The notes under the pieces were generated by a model. The model was not told the origin of the DNA, did no database searches, and saw nothing but the letters and a program-made list of their open reading frames with translations. Source: Centroscyllium fabricii (taxonomy: Eukaryota). From it: a DNA stretch of 64,000 nt. The DNA lies in the NCBI GenBank assembly GCA_051313645.2, contig JBNRSN020000189.1, forward strand, positions 558,001 through 622,000, read 5' to 3'. Below are positions 49,005 to 61,599 of the stretch, in pieces. Every line of letters begins with the position of its first letter. Position 1 is the first letter of the stretch. The position numbers were made by a program, and so were the translations under genes.

Positions 49005-49508
49005 ACAACACCGGTTGGATACAGAGTAAATTTGCCATATCACTCAACACAAAGGAAGTTACAGCACGGGTTATATACAGAGTAAAGCTCCCTCTACACT
49101 ATCCCATCAAACACTCCCAGGACAGGTACAGCACGGGTTAGATACAGAGTAAAGCTCCCTCTACACTGTCCCATCAAACACTCCCAGGACAGGTACAGCA
49201 CGGGTTTGATACAGAGTAAAGCTGCCTCTACACTGTCCCATCAAACACTCCAAGGGCAGTTATAGCACTGCTGACATACAGAGTAAAGCTCCCTCTACAC
49301 TGTCCCATCAAACACTCCCATGGCAGGTACAGCACGGGTTAGATACAGAGTAAAGTTCCCTCTACACTGTCCCATCAAACACTCCCAGGGCAGTTATAGC
49401 ACGGCTTACATACAGAGTAAAGCTTCCTCTACACTGTCCCATCAAACACTCCCATGGCAGGAACAGCACGGGTTAGATACAGAGTAAAGCTCCCTCTGCA
49501 CTGTCCAA
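49005..49508. repeat. 67-bp tandem repeat x ~7
   Basis: Unit acagcacgggttagatacagagtaaagctccctctacactgtcccatcaaacactcccaggacaggt. Confidence 0.92.
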
Positions 49509-49512
49509 CGAT

Positions 49513-49703
49513 TGTATATTTCAGTGTGTGTGCGTGTGTATATTTCAGTGTGTGTGCGTGTATCTATTTCAGTGTGTGTGCGTGTGTCTATTTCAGTTTG
49601 TGTACGTGTGTATATTTCAGTGTGTGTGCGTGTGTATATTTCAGTGTGTGTGCGTGTGTATATTTCAGTGTGTGTGCGTGTGTATTTCAGTGTGTGTGCG
49701 TGT
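49513..49703. repeat. 24-bp TG-rich tandem repeat x ~8
   Basis: Unit gtgtatatttcagtgtgtgtgcgt. Confidence 0.92.
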
Positions 49704-52700
49704 ATAGATACATAGATGATAGGAGCAGGAGTAGGCCATTCGGCCCTTCGAGCCTGCTCCGCCATTCAATGAGATCATGGCTGATCCTTCAGTTCAGTAT
49801 CCCGTCCCTGCCTTCTCTCCGTAACCTTTAACCCCTTTTGCCTGCAGAAATATATCTAATTCCCTCTTAAATATATTCAATGAGCTGGCATCCACTGCCA
49901 TCTGTGGTAGTGAGTTCCACAGGTTCACCACTCTCTGGGTGAAGAAATTCCTCCTCATCTCTGTCCTAAATGGTTTGGCCCTTATCCTTAAACTGTGTCC
50001 CCTAGTTCTGTACTCTCCTGCCATCGGAAACATTCCTTCTGCATCTAGTCTGTCCAGGCCTGTCAGAATTTTATATGTTTCTATGAGATCCCCTCTCAAT
50101 CTTCTAAACTCCAGTGTGTACATCCCCAAACTACATAGTCTCTCCTCATAGGTCATTCCTGCCATTCCTGGTATCAGCCTGGTGAATCGCCGCTGCACTC
50201 CTTCCATGGCAAGAACATCCTTCCTCAGATGAGGCGACCAAAACTGCACACAGTACTCGAGGTGTGGTCTCACCAGTGCCCTGTACAGCTGTAGTAAGGT
50301 GTCCTTGTTCCTGTATTCTAACCCTTTTGATATGAAGGCCAGCATACCATTTGCCTTCCTGACCGCCTGTTGCACCTGCATGCTCGCCTTCAATGACTGG
50401 TGCACAAGAACACCCAGGTCTCTCTGTACTTCCCCATCTCCCATTCTATTGCCAATTAAATAATAATTTGCCCTCCCATTTTTGCCCCCAAGGTGGATAA
50501 CTTCACACTTGTCCACATTATAGTGCATTTGCCATGTATCTGCCCAGTCCCCCAATTTGTCCAAATCGCTCTGGAGCTTCCCGATCCCCTCCTCTGAGCC
50601 TACCCCCCCTCCTAGCTTAGTGTCGTCTGCGAATTTGGAGATGCTGCATCCGATTCCCTGATCTAGGTCATTCATATAAATTGTGAACAGCTGGGGACCC
50701 AGGACAGATCCCTTAGGTACCCCACTTGTTACTGCCTGCCATTCAGAAAATGAGCCGTTTATTCCAACTCTCTGTTTTCTCTCTGCCAGCCAGTTCTCTA
50801 TCCACGTCAATACATTTCCCCTTATCCCATGAGCCTTGATTTTACATGCTAATCTTTTATGTGGGACCTTATCGAAGGCTTTTTGGAAGTCCAGGTACAC
50901 CACATCTACTGGCTCTCCCCCATCTATTTTACCAGTTACTTCCTCAAAGAATTCCAATAGATTCGTCAAGCACGATTTACCTTTTGTAAATCCATGTTGA
51001 CTCTGTCCTATCCTGTCCCAATTTGCCAAGTGCTCTGCTATTACATCCTTAATGATGGACTCTAGTATTTTGCCCACCACCGAGGTCTGTAATTGCCCGC
51101 TTTTTCCCTACTCCCCTTTTTAAATAGTGGGGTAACGTTAGCTACCCTCCAATCCATGGGCACTGTTCCCGAGTCTATCGAATTCTGGAAAATTATCCTT
51201 AACGCATCTGCTATCTCTAGGGCCACCTCCTTGAGTACCCTAGGATGCATGTTATCAGGCCCTGGGGATTTGTCAGCCTTTAGTCCCTTTAGCTTCCCCA
51301 ACACCATATCCTTAGAGATATTGATTTTTGTCAGTTCCTCCCTTGCAATTGTCCCTATGGTTCCTGATATCTCAGGGAGGTTTTTTGTGTCTTCCTTAGT
51401 GAAGACAGACCCAAAATATGCATTTAATTGGTCTGCCATTTCCTTATTTCCCATTATATATTCCCCAGAATCTGACTGTAATGGACCGACTTTGGATTTC
51501 ACCAGTCTTTTCCTCTTAATATACTTGTAAAAGCTTTTGGAGTTAGTTTTTATGTTTGCCGCAAGCTTACTTTCGTACACTATTTTTCCCCTCCTGATTA
51601 ATCCCTTTGCCCTCCTTTGTTGTATCCTAAACTGTTCCCAATCTTCAGGTCTGGTGCTTTTTTTGGCTATTTTATATGCTCTTTCTTTGGATTTTATGCT
51701 GTCCCTAATTTCCCCTGTTATCCACGGTTGAGTCACCTTTTTAGATTTCTTTTTATGCCAGATTGGTATAAACAATTTCTGCAATTCTGCCATTCTGTCT
51801 TTAAATGCTTGCCATTGTTTATCCACCGCCAGTCCCCCCAGAAACGCTGCCCAATCAGACTTACTTAATTCCCGTCTCATGGCATCATAATTCCCCTTAT
51901 TTAAATTCAGGACCTTAGTCTCTGAGTCAGTTTCTTCGCTCTCCATTTCGAGTGAGAATTCGATCATGTTATGATCGCTCTGACCCAAGGGTCCCCGTAC
52001 AACAAGATTACTAATTAGTCCCTTCTCATTGCACAGTACCCAGTCCAAGATAGCCTGATCCCGAGTTGGTTCCTCGACATATTGATCCAGATAACCATCC
52101 CTTAAACACTCAAGGAATTCCTCCTCCTCATTATTTTTACTAATTTGGCTAGTCCAATCTATATGCAAGTTAAAGTCACCTATGATGACAGCTGAGCTCT
52201 TATTGCATGCTTCTCTAATTTCCCTTTTGATGCCCTCCCCTACCTCCATATTACTATTTGGAGGCCTATATACCACTCCTATTAACGTTTTCCGCCCCTT
52301 GCTATTTCTTAGTTCTACCCATATAGATTCCGTATTAACCGAGTTAATATCCTTCCTTTCAATTGCATTTATCCCCTCTTTTACCAGCAATGCTACCCCT
52401 CCTCCCTTTCTTTTTTGTCGATCCTTCCTAAATATTGAATACCCCTGTATGTTAAGTTCCCAGCCTTGGCCATCCTGCAGCCATGTTTCCGTAATCCCAA
52501 TTAGATCATATTTGTTTACCTCTATTTCTACTGCTAATTCATCCACCTTGTTCCTAATGCTTCTTGCATTAAGGTATAAAGCCTTCAGGCTTGTTTTTTG
52601 CTCACACTTTTTATGAATTACTTTGGCCCTTTGTATATTTTGTTTTTTGTTTCTCACCCTTTTACCATTTATTTCTGGCTGCATTTTGCTTTCCTCTTTT

Positions 52701-52866
52701 TCTCTACATAGGTTCCTAGCCCCCTGCCATACTTGTTTAAATGCTCCCGAAATGCTTTAGTAAATATTACCCCGAGAACATCAGTTCCATCTCTGCATAG
52801 GTGTAGACCGTCCCTTTTGTATAGGTCACACCTCCCACAGAACTGGTTCCAATGCCTCAAAAATTT
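49704..52866 (-). mobile_element. Young CR1 LINE, truncated within ORF1; ORF2 broken by a single frameshift
   Basis: ORFs 51062-52684 (APE endonuclease) and 49794-51080 (RT) without internal stops; ORF1 esterase end DGLHL; CR1 tail at 49704-49790. Confidence 0.93.
49794..52684 (-). pseudogene. CR1 ORF2 (endonuclease plus reverse transcriptase), frameshifted near 51075
   Basis: YLNARS, GITETW, GDFN, SDH; YLDFQKAFDKVPH, FADD; the NYRP[VSLTS]VVGK segment is deleted. Confidence 0.9.
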
Positions 52867-54500
52867 GGTTCTGCTGTCACCGACAGAAGAGGGTCTACGG
52901 CAGAACCTTGATCGGTTAGAGTCATTCTGCCAGAATTGGGCCTTGAAAGTAAACCCCCAAAAAAACAAAGTTCTTTTGTTCCAGCAAAGATCCAGACATC
53001 AGGGAACCAAAACAAACTTCACACTAGGAGCAACAAAAATTTAACCAACTACAAACTACACATACTTAGGCTTAAAAATCAGTTCCACGGGAAATTTTCA
53101 CTTGGCTGTGAACGAACTGAAAGAGAAAGCGAGAAGGGCATTCTATGCCATTAAGAAGTCAATCCAAATAGAAATTCCACCTGGCATTTGGATCAAAATA
53201 TTTAATTCAGTAATTGAACCAATTGCACTTTATGGCAGCGAGGTGTTGGGTCTGCTAACACACCACGAATTTGCAAAATGGGACAAACACCCAATTGAGA
53301 CCCTGCATGCTGAGTTCTGTAAGAGTATCCTTCGGACTCAGAGGAAAACCACAAACAATGCATGCAGGGCAGAGTTAGGCCAATACCCACTACTAATTAA
53401 TATCCAAAAAAGAGCAATCAAATTCTGGAAACATCTAAAATTGAGCAACACCCACAGTTATCACTACAAAGCCCTGAAATGCAAAGAAGCGAACATAAAG
53501 AGAAGTCCCCTCAGCCAACTAGTCCTAGGACTTAGCGAAGTAACTTCTAACACTACTGTTAACAACCAACTTAGCGGAGAAACTACTAACACTACTGGTA
53601 ACAACCAGCCCCTGGACAGTGACGCCCTAGCACTTAGAATCCGACCCAACACAATTATTAATAAACAAAAAGAAAAATACCTGAATTACTGGACAGAAAT
53701 GACAAAAACCCAAAACAAACTAGATTGTTATTTGGCCCTAAACAGACAGTACACCATGGCTGATTACCTGTCCATGGTGAAAGATGGCAAACTGAGAAAA
53801 ACCCTGACAATGTACAGACTTTGCGAGCACAGCCTAGCCATCGAAAAAGGCAGACACAGAAAGACATGGCTGCCCAGAGAGGAAAGGCTGTGCTCCCACT
53901 GCAGTCAGGGAGTGGTGGAGACAGAGCTGCACTTCCTCACAACTTGCGAAAATTATCAGGGAATAAGGGGAAATTTCTTCCCAAAATTTGCAACAACATG
54001 CCCCGAATTCAAAAATTTGAACGACCACCAAAAACTCCCATACCTACTGGGGGAACAGAGGGACTGTGTAAAATTAGCGGCAAACTACGTCACAGCTTGC
54101 CATAAGCAGAGGGACAACCAGTGACCATTGAAGCTAGGAAGAGCATACAAGCTCTATATGCGGGTATATATGTATGTGTGTGCGTAGTTATTCATTCAAT
54201 ACGTCAGGTTATGCATTTGTATGTCCAATTGTATATGTTCTTTCTAGATCTATTTGGGGTTTTTTATGTGTATGTGTATGCATAGTTATTCATTCAATAA
54301 GTCTGGTTATGCATTTGTATGTCCAACTGTATTAGATCTATATGTGGGTTTTTATGTGTCTGTGTAGGCATAGTTACTCATTCAATACGTCAAGTTATGC
54401 ATTTGTATGTCCAACTGTATATGTTCTTTTTTGTGCTTTGGCAACATAGGATGTATCTTGTCATGCCAATAAAGCAATTTGAATTGAATTGAATTGAATT
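52867..54500 (+). mobile_element. 5'-truncated RTE-X-like LINE (RT C-terminus, Cys/His finger, 3' UTR, (ttgaa)n tail)
   Basis: LVLLSPTEEGL, YTYLGL, KARRAFYAIK, YRLCEHSLAIEKGR, CSHC..ETELHFLTTC; ORF 53102-54124; aataaa plus tail running into (GA)n. Clade name is from motif recall. Confidence 0.75.
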
Positions 54501-56981
54501 GAGAGAGAGAGAGAGGGGGACACAGAGAGAGTGGGACACAGAGAGAGAGAGAGGGGGGGACAGAGAGAGAGAGGGGCAGAGAGTGAGAGAGAGAGAGAGG
54601 GGTCAGAGAGAGAGAGGGGGACAGAGAGAGAGAGAGAGAGGGGGACAGAGACAGAGAGGGGGACAGAGAGGGACAGAGAGGGGGGACAGAGAGAGACACA
54701 GAGAGGGGGGACAGAGAGAGAGAGGGGGGGACAGAGAGAGAGAGAGGGTGGGACAGAGAGAGAGAGAGAGGGGGGACAGAGAGAGAGGGGGGGACAGAGA
54801 GAGAGAGAGGGGGGATAGATAGAGAAGGGGGACAGAGAGAGAGGGGGACAGAAAGAGAGATAGGGGGGACAGAGAGGGAGAGTGGGGGGACAGAGAGAGA
54901 GAGAGGGGAGTACAGAGAGAGAGAGAGAGGGGGTTCAGAGAGAGAGTGAGAGGGGGACAGAGAGAGAGAGGGGGGACAGAGAGAGAGGGNNNNNNNNNNN
55001 NNNNNNNNNNNNNNNNNNNNNNNNNNNNNNNNNNNNNNNNNNNNNNNNNNNNNNNNNNNNNNNNNNNNNNNNNNNNNNNNNNNNNNNNNNNNNNNNNNNN
55101 NNNNNNNNNNNNNNNNNNNGGGGGACAGAGAGAGAGGGGGGGGTACAGAGAGAGAGAGGGGGGGACAGAGAGAGAGAGGGGGGACAGAGAGAGAGAGGGG
55201 GGGACAGAGAGAGAGAGAGGGGGGACAGAGAACGAGAGACGTGGGGGACAGAGAGAGAGAGGGTGGGGGAGAGAGAGGGGGGGACAGAGAGAGAGAGAGG
55301 TGGGAGAGAGAGAGGGGGGTACAGAGAGAGAGAGAGGGGGGACAGAGAGAGAGAGGGGGACAGAGAGAGAGAGAGTGGGACAGAGAGAGAGAGATGGGGA
55401 CAGAGAGAGAGAGGGGGACAGAGAGAGAGAGGGGGACAGAGAGAGAGAGGGGGACAGAGAGAGAGAGGGGGACAGAGAGAGAGGGGGGACAGAGAGAGAG
55501 AGGGGGACAGAGAGAGATAGAGGGGGACAGAGAGAGAGAGAGGGGGACAGAGAGNNNNNNNNNNNNNNNNNNNNNNNNNNNNNNNNNNNNNNNNNNNNNN
55601 NNNNNNNNNNNNNNNNNNNNNNNNNNNNNNNNNNNNNNNNNNNNNNNNNNNNNNNNNNNNNNNNNNNNNNNNNNNNNNNNNNNNNNNNNNNNNNNNNNNN
55701 NNNNNNNNNNNNNNNNNNNNNNNNNNNNNNNNNNNNGGGGACAGAGAGAGTGTGAGGGGGGGACAGAGAGAGAGAGTGAGGGGGACAGAGAGAGAGAGTG
55801 AGGGGGACAGAGAGAGAGTGAGGGACAGAGAGAGAGTGAGGGACAGAGAGAGAGAGGGGGACAGAGAGAGAGAGGGGGACAGAGAGAGAGAGGGGGACAT
55901 GGAGAGAGAGGGGGACAGAGAGAGAGGGGGGGGGGCAGAGAGAGAGGGGGACAGAGAGAGAGAGGGGACAGAGAGAGAGAGGGGGACAGAGAGAGAGAGA
56001 GAGTGGGACAGAGTGAGAGAGAGGGGGACAGAGAGAGAGAGATAGGGACAGAGAGAGAGAGATAGGGACAGAGAGAGAGAGGGGGACAGAGAGAGAGAGT
56101 GGGACAGAGAGAGAGGGGGACAGAGAGAGAGGGGGACAGAGAGAGAGAGGGGGACAGAGAGGGACAGAGTGAGGGACAGAGAGAGAGGGGGACAGAGAGA
56201 GAGGGGGACAGAGAGAGAGGGGGACAGAGAGAGGGACAGAGAGAGAGAGAGAGGGAGAGAGAGGGAGAGAGAGGGACAGAGAGGGACAGAGATGGAGAGC
56301 GAGGGACAGAGAGGGAGAGAGAGGGAGAGAGGGACAGAGAGGTAGAGAGGCACAGAGAGGGACAGAGAGGGAGAGAGGGACAGAGAGGGAGAGAGGGACA
56401 GAGAGGGAGAGAGGGAGAGAGAGTGAGAGAGAGGGAGAGAGAGGGAGAAAGAGAGAGGGAGAGAGAGGGACAGAGAGGGAGAGAGGGACAGAGAGGGAGA
56501 GAGGGACAGAGAGGGAGAGAGGGACAGAGAGGGACAGAGAGAGGGGGAGAGAGAGGGGGACAGAGAGAGGGGGGAGAGAGAGGGGTTGAGAGGGAGGGAC
56601 AGGGAGAGAGGGACAGATATAGGGACTGACAGAGAGAGAGAGGGACAGAGAGAGAGAGGGACCGAGAGAGAAAGGGACAGAGAGAGAGAGTGACAGTGAG
56701 AGAGAGGGACAGAGAGAGAGAGAGGGACANNNNNNNNNNNNNNNNNNNNNNNNNNNNNNNNNNNNNNNNNNNNNNNNNNNNNNNNNNNNNNNNNNNNNNN
56801 NNNNNNNNNNNNNNNNNNNNNNNNNNNNNNNNNNNNNNNNNNNNNNNNNNNNNNNNNNNNNNNNNNNNNNNNNNNNNNNNNNNNNNNNNNNNNNNNNNNN
56901 NNNNNNNNNNNNNNNNNNNNNNNNNNNNNNNNNNNNNNNNNNNNNNNNNNNNNNNNNGTGAGATAGAAAGAGCGAGAGAGA
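54501..56981. repeat. Polypurine (GA)n/GGGGACA low-complexity tract with three N-gaps
   Basis: Directly visible. Confidence 0.97.
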
Positions 56982-57834
56982 TAGGGCCATTAAAGTCCAG
57001 GCTCACTTAGCCCAGTCTAACCCCGAATCCTACCAACACAGAGCATTGATGAGCAACTCCCTCTGCTCAGAGACAGACCGCCTGTAACATATCAAGGAAA
57101 CACAATCTCCAAAATGAGGCCCTTCACAATCTTTCAAACAAAGATCTAAAAACAATAGACAACAAAAATAAATCAGAATACATTGAAAATTGGCTACACG
57201 AAATCAACTATATAAACAAATTAGAATGCTATCGATCATTAAATAAAAATTACACATTAGCGCAATACATTGTTGATATAAAAAACTCAAACAAAGACGG
57301 ACATTAACAATGTACAGACTCAGTATCCACAAACTAGAAATAGTAAAGGGACGCCATAGGAAGCAATGGACACCAAGAGAAGAGAGGATATGTAAATACT
57401 GTGATTCAGGAGAGATAGAAACGGAATTCCATTTTCTCCTCTCATGCCCAGCATATGAATCTCTCAGAGGGGCTTTCCTAAGTCAAGTTAGAAACAATAT
57501 CCCATCATATGACAGCATAATATGTGACAAAAAATACGCATGTGTCTGGGAGAAACACCAGAACTTCTCGAGTTAGCTGCAGAATACGTGACAGCATGCC
57601 ATGACGGAAGAGAACACTTGAACATTGGACATCTCAGTCCCAATCAGATCACAGTTAAACCAGTGTGACAAACTGCATTTAAACTATATATCTATTGATA
57701 TTATTACGGATGCTGTTGTATATATTCCATTTGTACTGTTGTTATTACGTCTATTAATGTACTATTTTTTATGTATATTAGAATGCTTTGGCAACAACGG
57801 TTGATACCATTCATGCCAATAAAGCTATTTGAAT
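56982..57834 (+). mobile_element. RTE-X-like LINE 3' fragment, copy 1
   Basis: MYRLSIHKLEIVKGRHRK..ICKYC..ETEFHFLLSC; 'gccaataaagc..ttgaat' end. Confidence 0.8.
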
Positions 57835-58206
57835 NNNNNNNNNNNNNNNNNNNNNNNNNNNNNNNNNNNNNNNNNNNNNNNNNNNNNNNNNNNNNNNNNN
57901 NNNNNNNNNNNNNNNNNNNNNNNNNNNNNNNNNNNNNNNNNNNNNNNNNNNNNNNNNNNNNNNNNNNNNNNNNNNNNNNNNNNNNNNNNNNNNNNNNNNN
58001 NNNNNNNNNNNNNNNNNNNNNNNNNNNNNNNNNNNNNNNNNNNNNNNNNNNNNNNNNNNNNNNNNNNNNNNNNNNNNNNNNNNNNNNNNNNNNNNNNNNN
58101 NNNNNNNNNNNNNNNNNNNNNNNNNNNNNNNNNNNNNNNNNNNNNNNNNNNNNNNNNAGAGAGAGAGATAGGGACAGAGAGAGAGAGAGGGAAAGAGCGA
58201 GAGAGA

Positions 58207-59070
58207 TAGGGCCATTAAATTCCAGGCTCACTTAGCCCAGTCTAACCCCGAATCCTACCAACACAGAGCATTCATGAGCAACTCCCTCTGCTCAGAGACA
58301 GACCGCCTGCAAAATATCAAAGAAACACAATCTCCAAAATGAGGACCTTCACAATGTTTCAAACAAAGATCTAAAAACAATAGACAACAAAAATAAATCA
58401 GAATACATTGAAAATTGGCTACACGAAATCAACTATATAAACAAATTAGAATGCTATCGATCATTGAATAAAAATTACACCTTAGCGCAATACCTTGTTA
58501 ATATAAAAAACCTCAAACAAAGACGGACATTAACAATGTACAGACTCAGTAACCACAAACTAGAAATAGAAAAGGGACGCCATAGGAAGCAATGGACACC
58601 AAGAGAAGAGAGGATATGTAAATACTGTGATTCAGGAGAGATAGAAACGGAATTCCATTTTCTCCTCTCATGCCCAGCATATGAATCTCTCAGAGGGGCT
58701 TTCCTAAGTCAAGTTAGAAACAATATCCCATCATATGACAGCAAAATATGTGACAAAAAATACGCATGTGTCTGGGAGAAACACCAGAACTTCTCGAGTT
58801 AGCTGCAGAATACGTGACAGCATGCCATGACGCAAGAGAACACTTGAACATTGGACATCTCAGTCCCAATCAGATCACAGTTAAACCAGTGTGACAAACT
58901 GCATTTAAACTATATATCTATTGATATTATTACGGATGCTGTTGGATATATTCAATTTGTACTGTTGTTATTACGTCTATTAATGTACTATTTTTTATGT
59001 ATATTAGAATGCTTTGGCAACAACGGTTGATACCTTTTATGCCATTAAAGCTATTTGAATTTGAATTTGA
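58207..59070 (+). mobile_element. RTE-X-like LINE 3' fragment, copy 2 (near-identical to copy 1)
   Basis: Same 5' breakpoint and same frameshift; tail ttgaatttgaatttga into (GA)n. Confidence 0.8.
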
Positions 59071-59317
59071 CAGAGAGAGAGGGACAAAGAGAGAGAGAGG
59101 GATAGAGAGAGAGAGAGGGACAGAGAGAGAGGGACAGAGAGAGAGGGACAGGGNNNNNNNNNNNNNNNNNNNNNNNNNNNNNNNNNNNNNNNNNNNNNNN
59201 NNNNNNNNNNNNNNNNNNNNNNNNNNNNNNNNNNNNNNNNNNNNNNNNNNNNNNNNNNNNNNNNNNNNNNNNNNNNNNNNNNNNNNNNNNNNNNNNNNNN
59301 NNNNNNNNNNNNNNNNN

Positions 59318-59427
59318 AGAGAGAGAGAGAAAGTGAATCAGAGCCCAGTGAAGGAGAGAGAGAGAGAGAATCAGAGCCCAGTGAAGGAGAGAGAGAGAGA
59401 GAGAGAGAGAAAATCAGAGCCCAGTGA

Positions 59428-59463
<36 letters not shown>

Positions 59464-59985
59464 CAGAGCCCAGTGAAGGAGAGTGAGAGAGAGAATCAGA
59501 GCCCAGTGAAGGAGAGAGAGAGAGTGAATCAGAGCCCAGTGAAGGAGAGAGAGAGAGTGAATCAGAGCCCAGTGAAGGAGAGAGAGAGAGAGAGAATCAG
59601 AGCCCAGTGAAGGAGAGAGAGAGAGAGAGTGAATCAGAGTCCAGTGAAGGAGAGAGAGAGTGAATCAGAGCCCAGTGAAGGAGAGAGAGAGAGAGAGAGT
59701 GAATCAGAGCCCAGTGAAGGAGTGAGAGAGAGAGAGAGTGACTCAGAGCCCAGTGAAGGAGAGAGAGAGAGAGAATGAATCAGAGCCCAGTGAAGGAGAG
59801 AGAGAGAGAGAGTGAATCAGAGCCCAGTGAAGGTGAGAGAAAGAGAGATAGAGAGTGAATCAGAGCCCAGTGAAGGAGAGAGAGAGAGAGAGAGTGAATC
59901 AGAGCTGAGTGAAGCAGAGAGGGAGTGAATCAGAGCCCAGTGAAGGAGAGAGAGAGAGAGAGAGAGTGAATCAGAGCCCAGTGTA

Positions 59986-60016
<31 letters not shown>

Positions 60017-60168
60017 ATCAGAGCCCAGTGAAGGAGAGAGAGAGAGAGAGTGAATCAGAGCCCAGTGAAGGAGAGAGAGAGAGAGAGTGAATCAGAGCCC
60101 AGTGAAGGAGAGAGAGAGAGAGAGAGAGAATCAGAGCCCAGTGAAGGAGAGAGAGAGAGAGAGAGAGT
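59318..60168. repeat. Compound minisatellite (gtgaatcagagcccagtgaag + (GA)n) x ~20
   Basis: Constant ~21-nt core separated by variable-length GA runs. Confidence 0.93.
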
Positions 60169-60302
60169 GAGTTCACCAGGAGAGGTCGTGCTAGGGAGCG
60201 GCTCCGCGTTTAGGTAAATATTTTAGTTTATTTTAGTTTATTTTAGTTATTTTAGTTATTTTATTTTATTAAGCTACTCTAAAGCCAATAAGTTTATAAG
60301 GA

Positions 60303-60815
60303 GCCAGCCCCCGACTCTAAAGCGGCCAGGCCCCGACTCCGAAGCGGCCAGGCTCCCGGACCCTAAAGCGGCCAGGCCCCGGACCCTAAAGCGGCCAGGC
60401 CCCGACTCCGAAGCGAACAGGCCCCGGACCCTAAAGCGGCCAGGCCCCGACTCCGAAGCGGCCAGGCCCCGGACCCTAAAACGGCCAGGCCCCGGACCCT
60501 AAAGCGGCCAGGCCCCGACTCCGAAGCGGCCAGGCCCCCGGACCCTAAAGCGGCCAGGCCCCGACTCCGAAGCGGCCAGGCCCCGGACCCTAAAGCGGCC
60601 AGGCCCCGGACCCTAAAGCGGCCAGGCCCTCGGACCCTAAAGCGGCCAGGCCCCGACTCCGAAGCGGCCAGGCCCCGGACCCTAAAGCGGCCAGGCCCCG
60701 GACCCTAAAGCGGCCAGGCCCCGACTCCGAAGCGGCCAGGCCCCGGACCCTAAAGCGGCCAGGCCCCGACTCTGAAGCGGCCAGGCCCCCGGACCCTAAA
60801 GCGGCCAGGCCCCGA
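60303..60815. repeat. 22-24 bp GC-rich tandem repeat x ~22 in the LINE 5'UTR
   Basis: Alternating ccccggaccctaaagcggccagg / ccccgactccgaagcggccagg. Confidence 0.92.
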
Positions 60816-61599
60816 GACAGACAGCGGCCCCAAGACCAAGAGGGGAGCGAGAGGTGGAGAGCCCGACAGCGACCCCAACCGAGAACGGGGATTCAGAGAC
60901 TCAGACAGAAACCCGGCCCACGAGGTAAGACCTGGGGAGGAGAGAGAGCAGGAAAGCCCGAGGCCCGAGACTCGACACAAGGCCCGAGATGGAGTCGCCC
61001 GAGAGCCTCGAGTGACCTGGAGAGTGAGGGGGATCGGGGGAGATCGAGAGGGAGAAAGAGAACCCGGCCCAGCGACCTGAAACACAGAGACTGGGTGAAA
61101 GATCGGTCCAGCCCCAGAGGTAAGGCCCAGGGCAGAGAGAACAGGAAAGCCCGAGGCCCAACAAGAAGCACGAAAGGGACCGAGAGAGAGAGTCCAAGTG
61201 CTAAACCAAGAGAGAGAGACAGAAAGAAGAAAGATCAAGACCGAGAGAGGAGTAAAAACTAGAGGGAAAAAAAACCACGAGAAAAGAAAAAGGAAAAATA
61301 ACAAAATACTCGGAGAAAGAAACCGAGAGAGGCCCGGAGAAAAAACCACCCGGCACCAGGGCCTGAAACACGAGAGAGAACCAGAAAAGTGAGAGTCAAC
61401 AAAAGGATGAATCCCTAAAATCCCTCACATTTAGTGTTTTTTTAGAATATCCAATCTATAATCTAAGTATTCGCCAGGAACAGACGCCACAGCCATTTCT
61501 CAGTAAAAGCAGAGATAACCTCAACAGACTGAAAGCCAACACCAACAACTGAGACATACTTAATATAACGTAACCGCATAGGCATACAACGCCATAAAC

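Noticed and set aside
54382-57010. Long ORFs (up to 874 aa) rich in SL/CP or RE/GT
   Set aside because: Translations of GA microsatellite and N-gaps
59318-60168. Constant repeat with variable spacers, superficially CRISPR-like
   Set aside because: Spacers are only (GA)n of varying length; eukaryotic context and no cas genes
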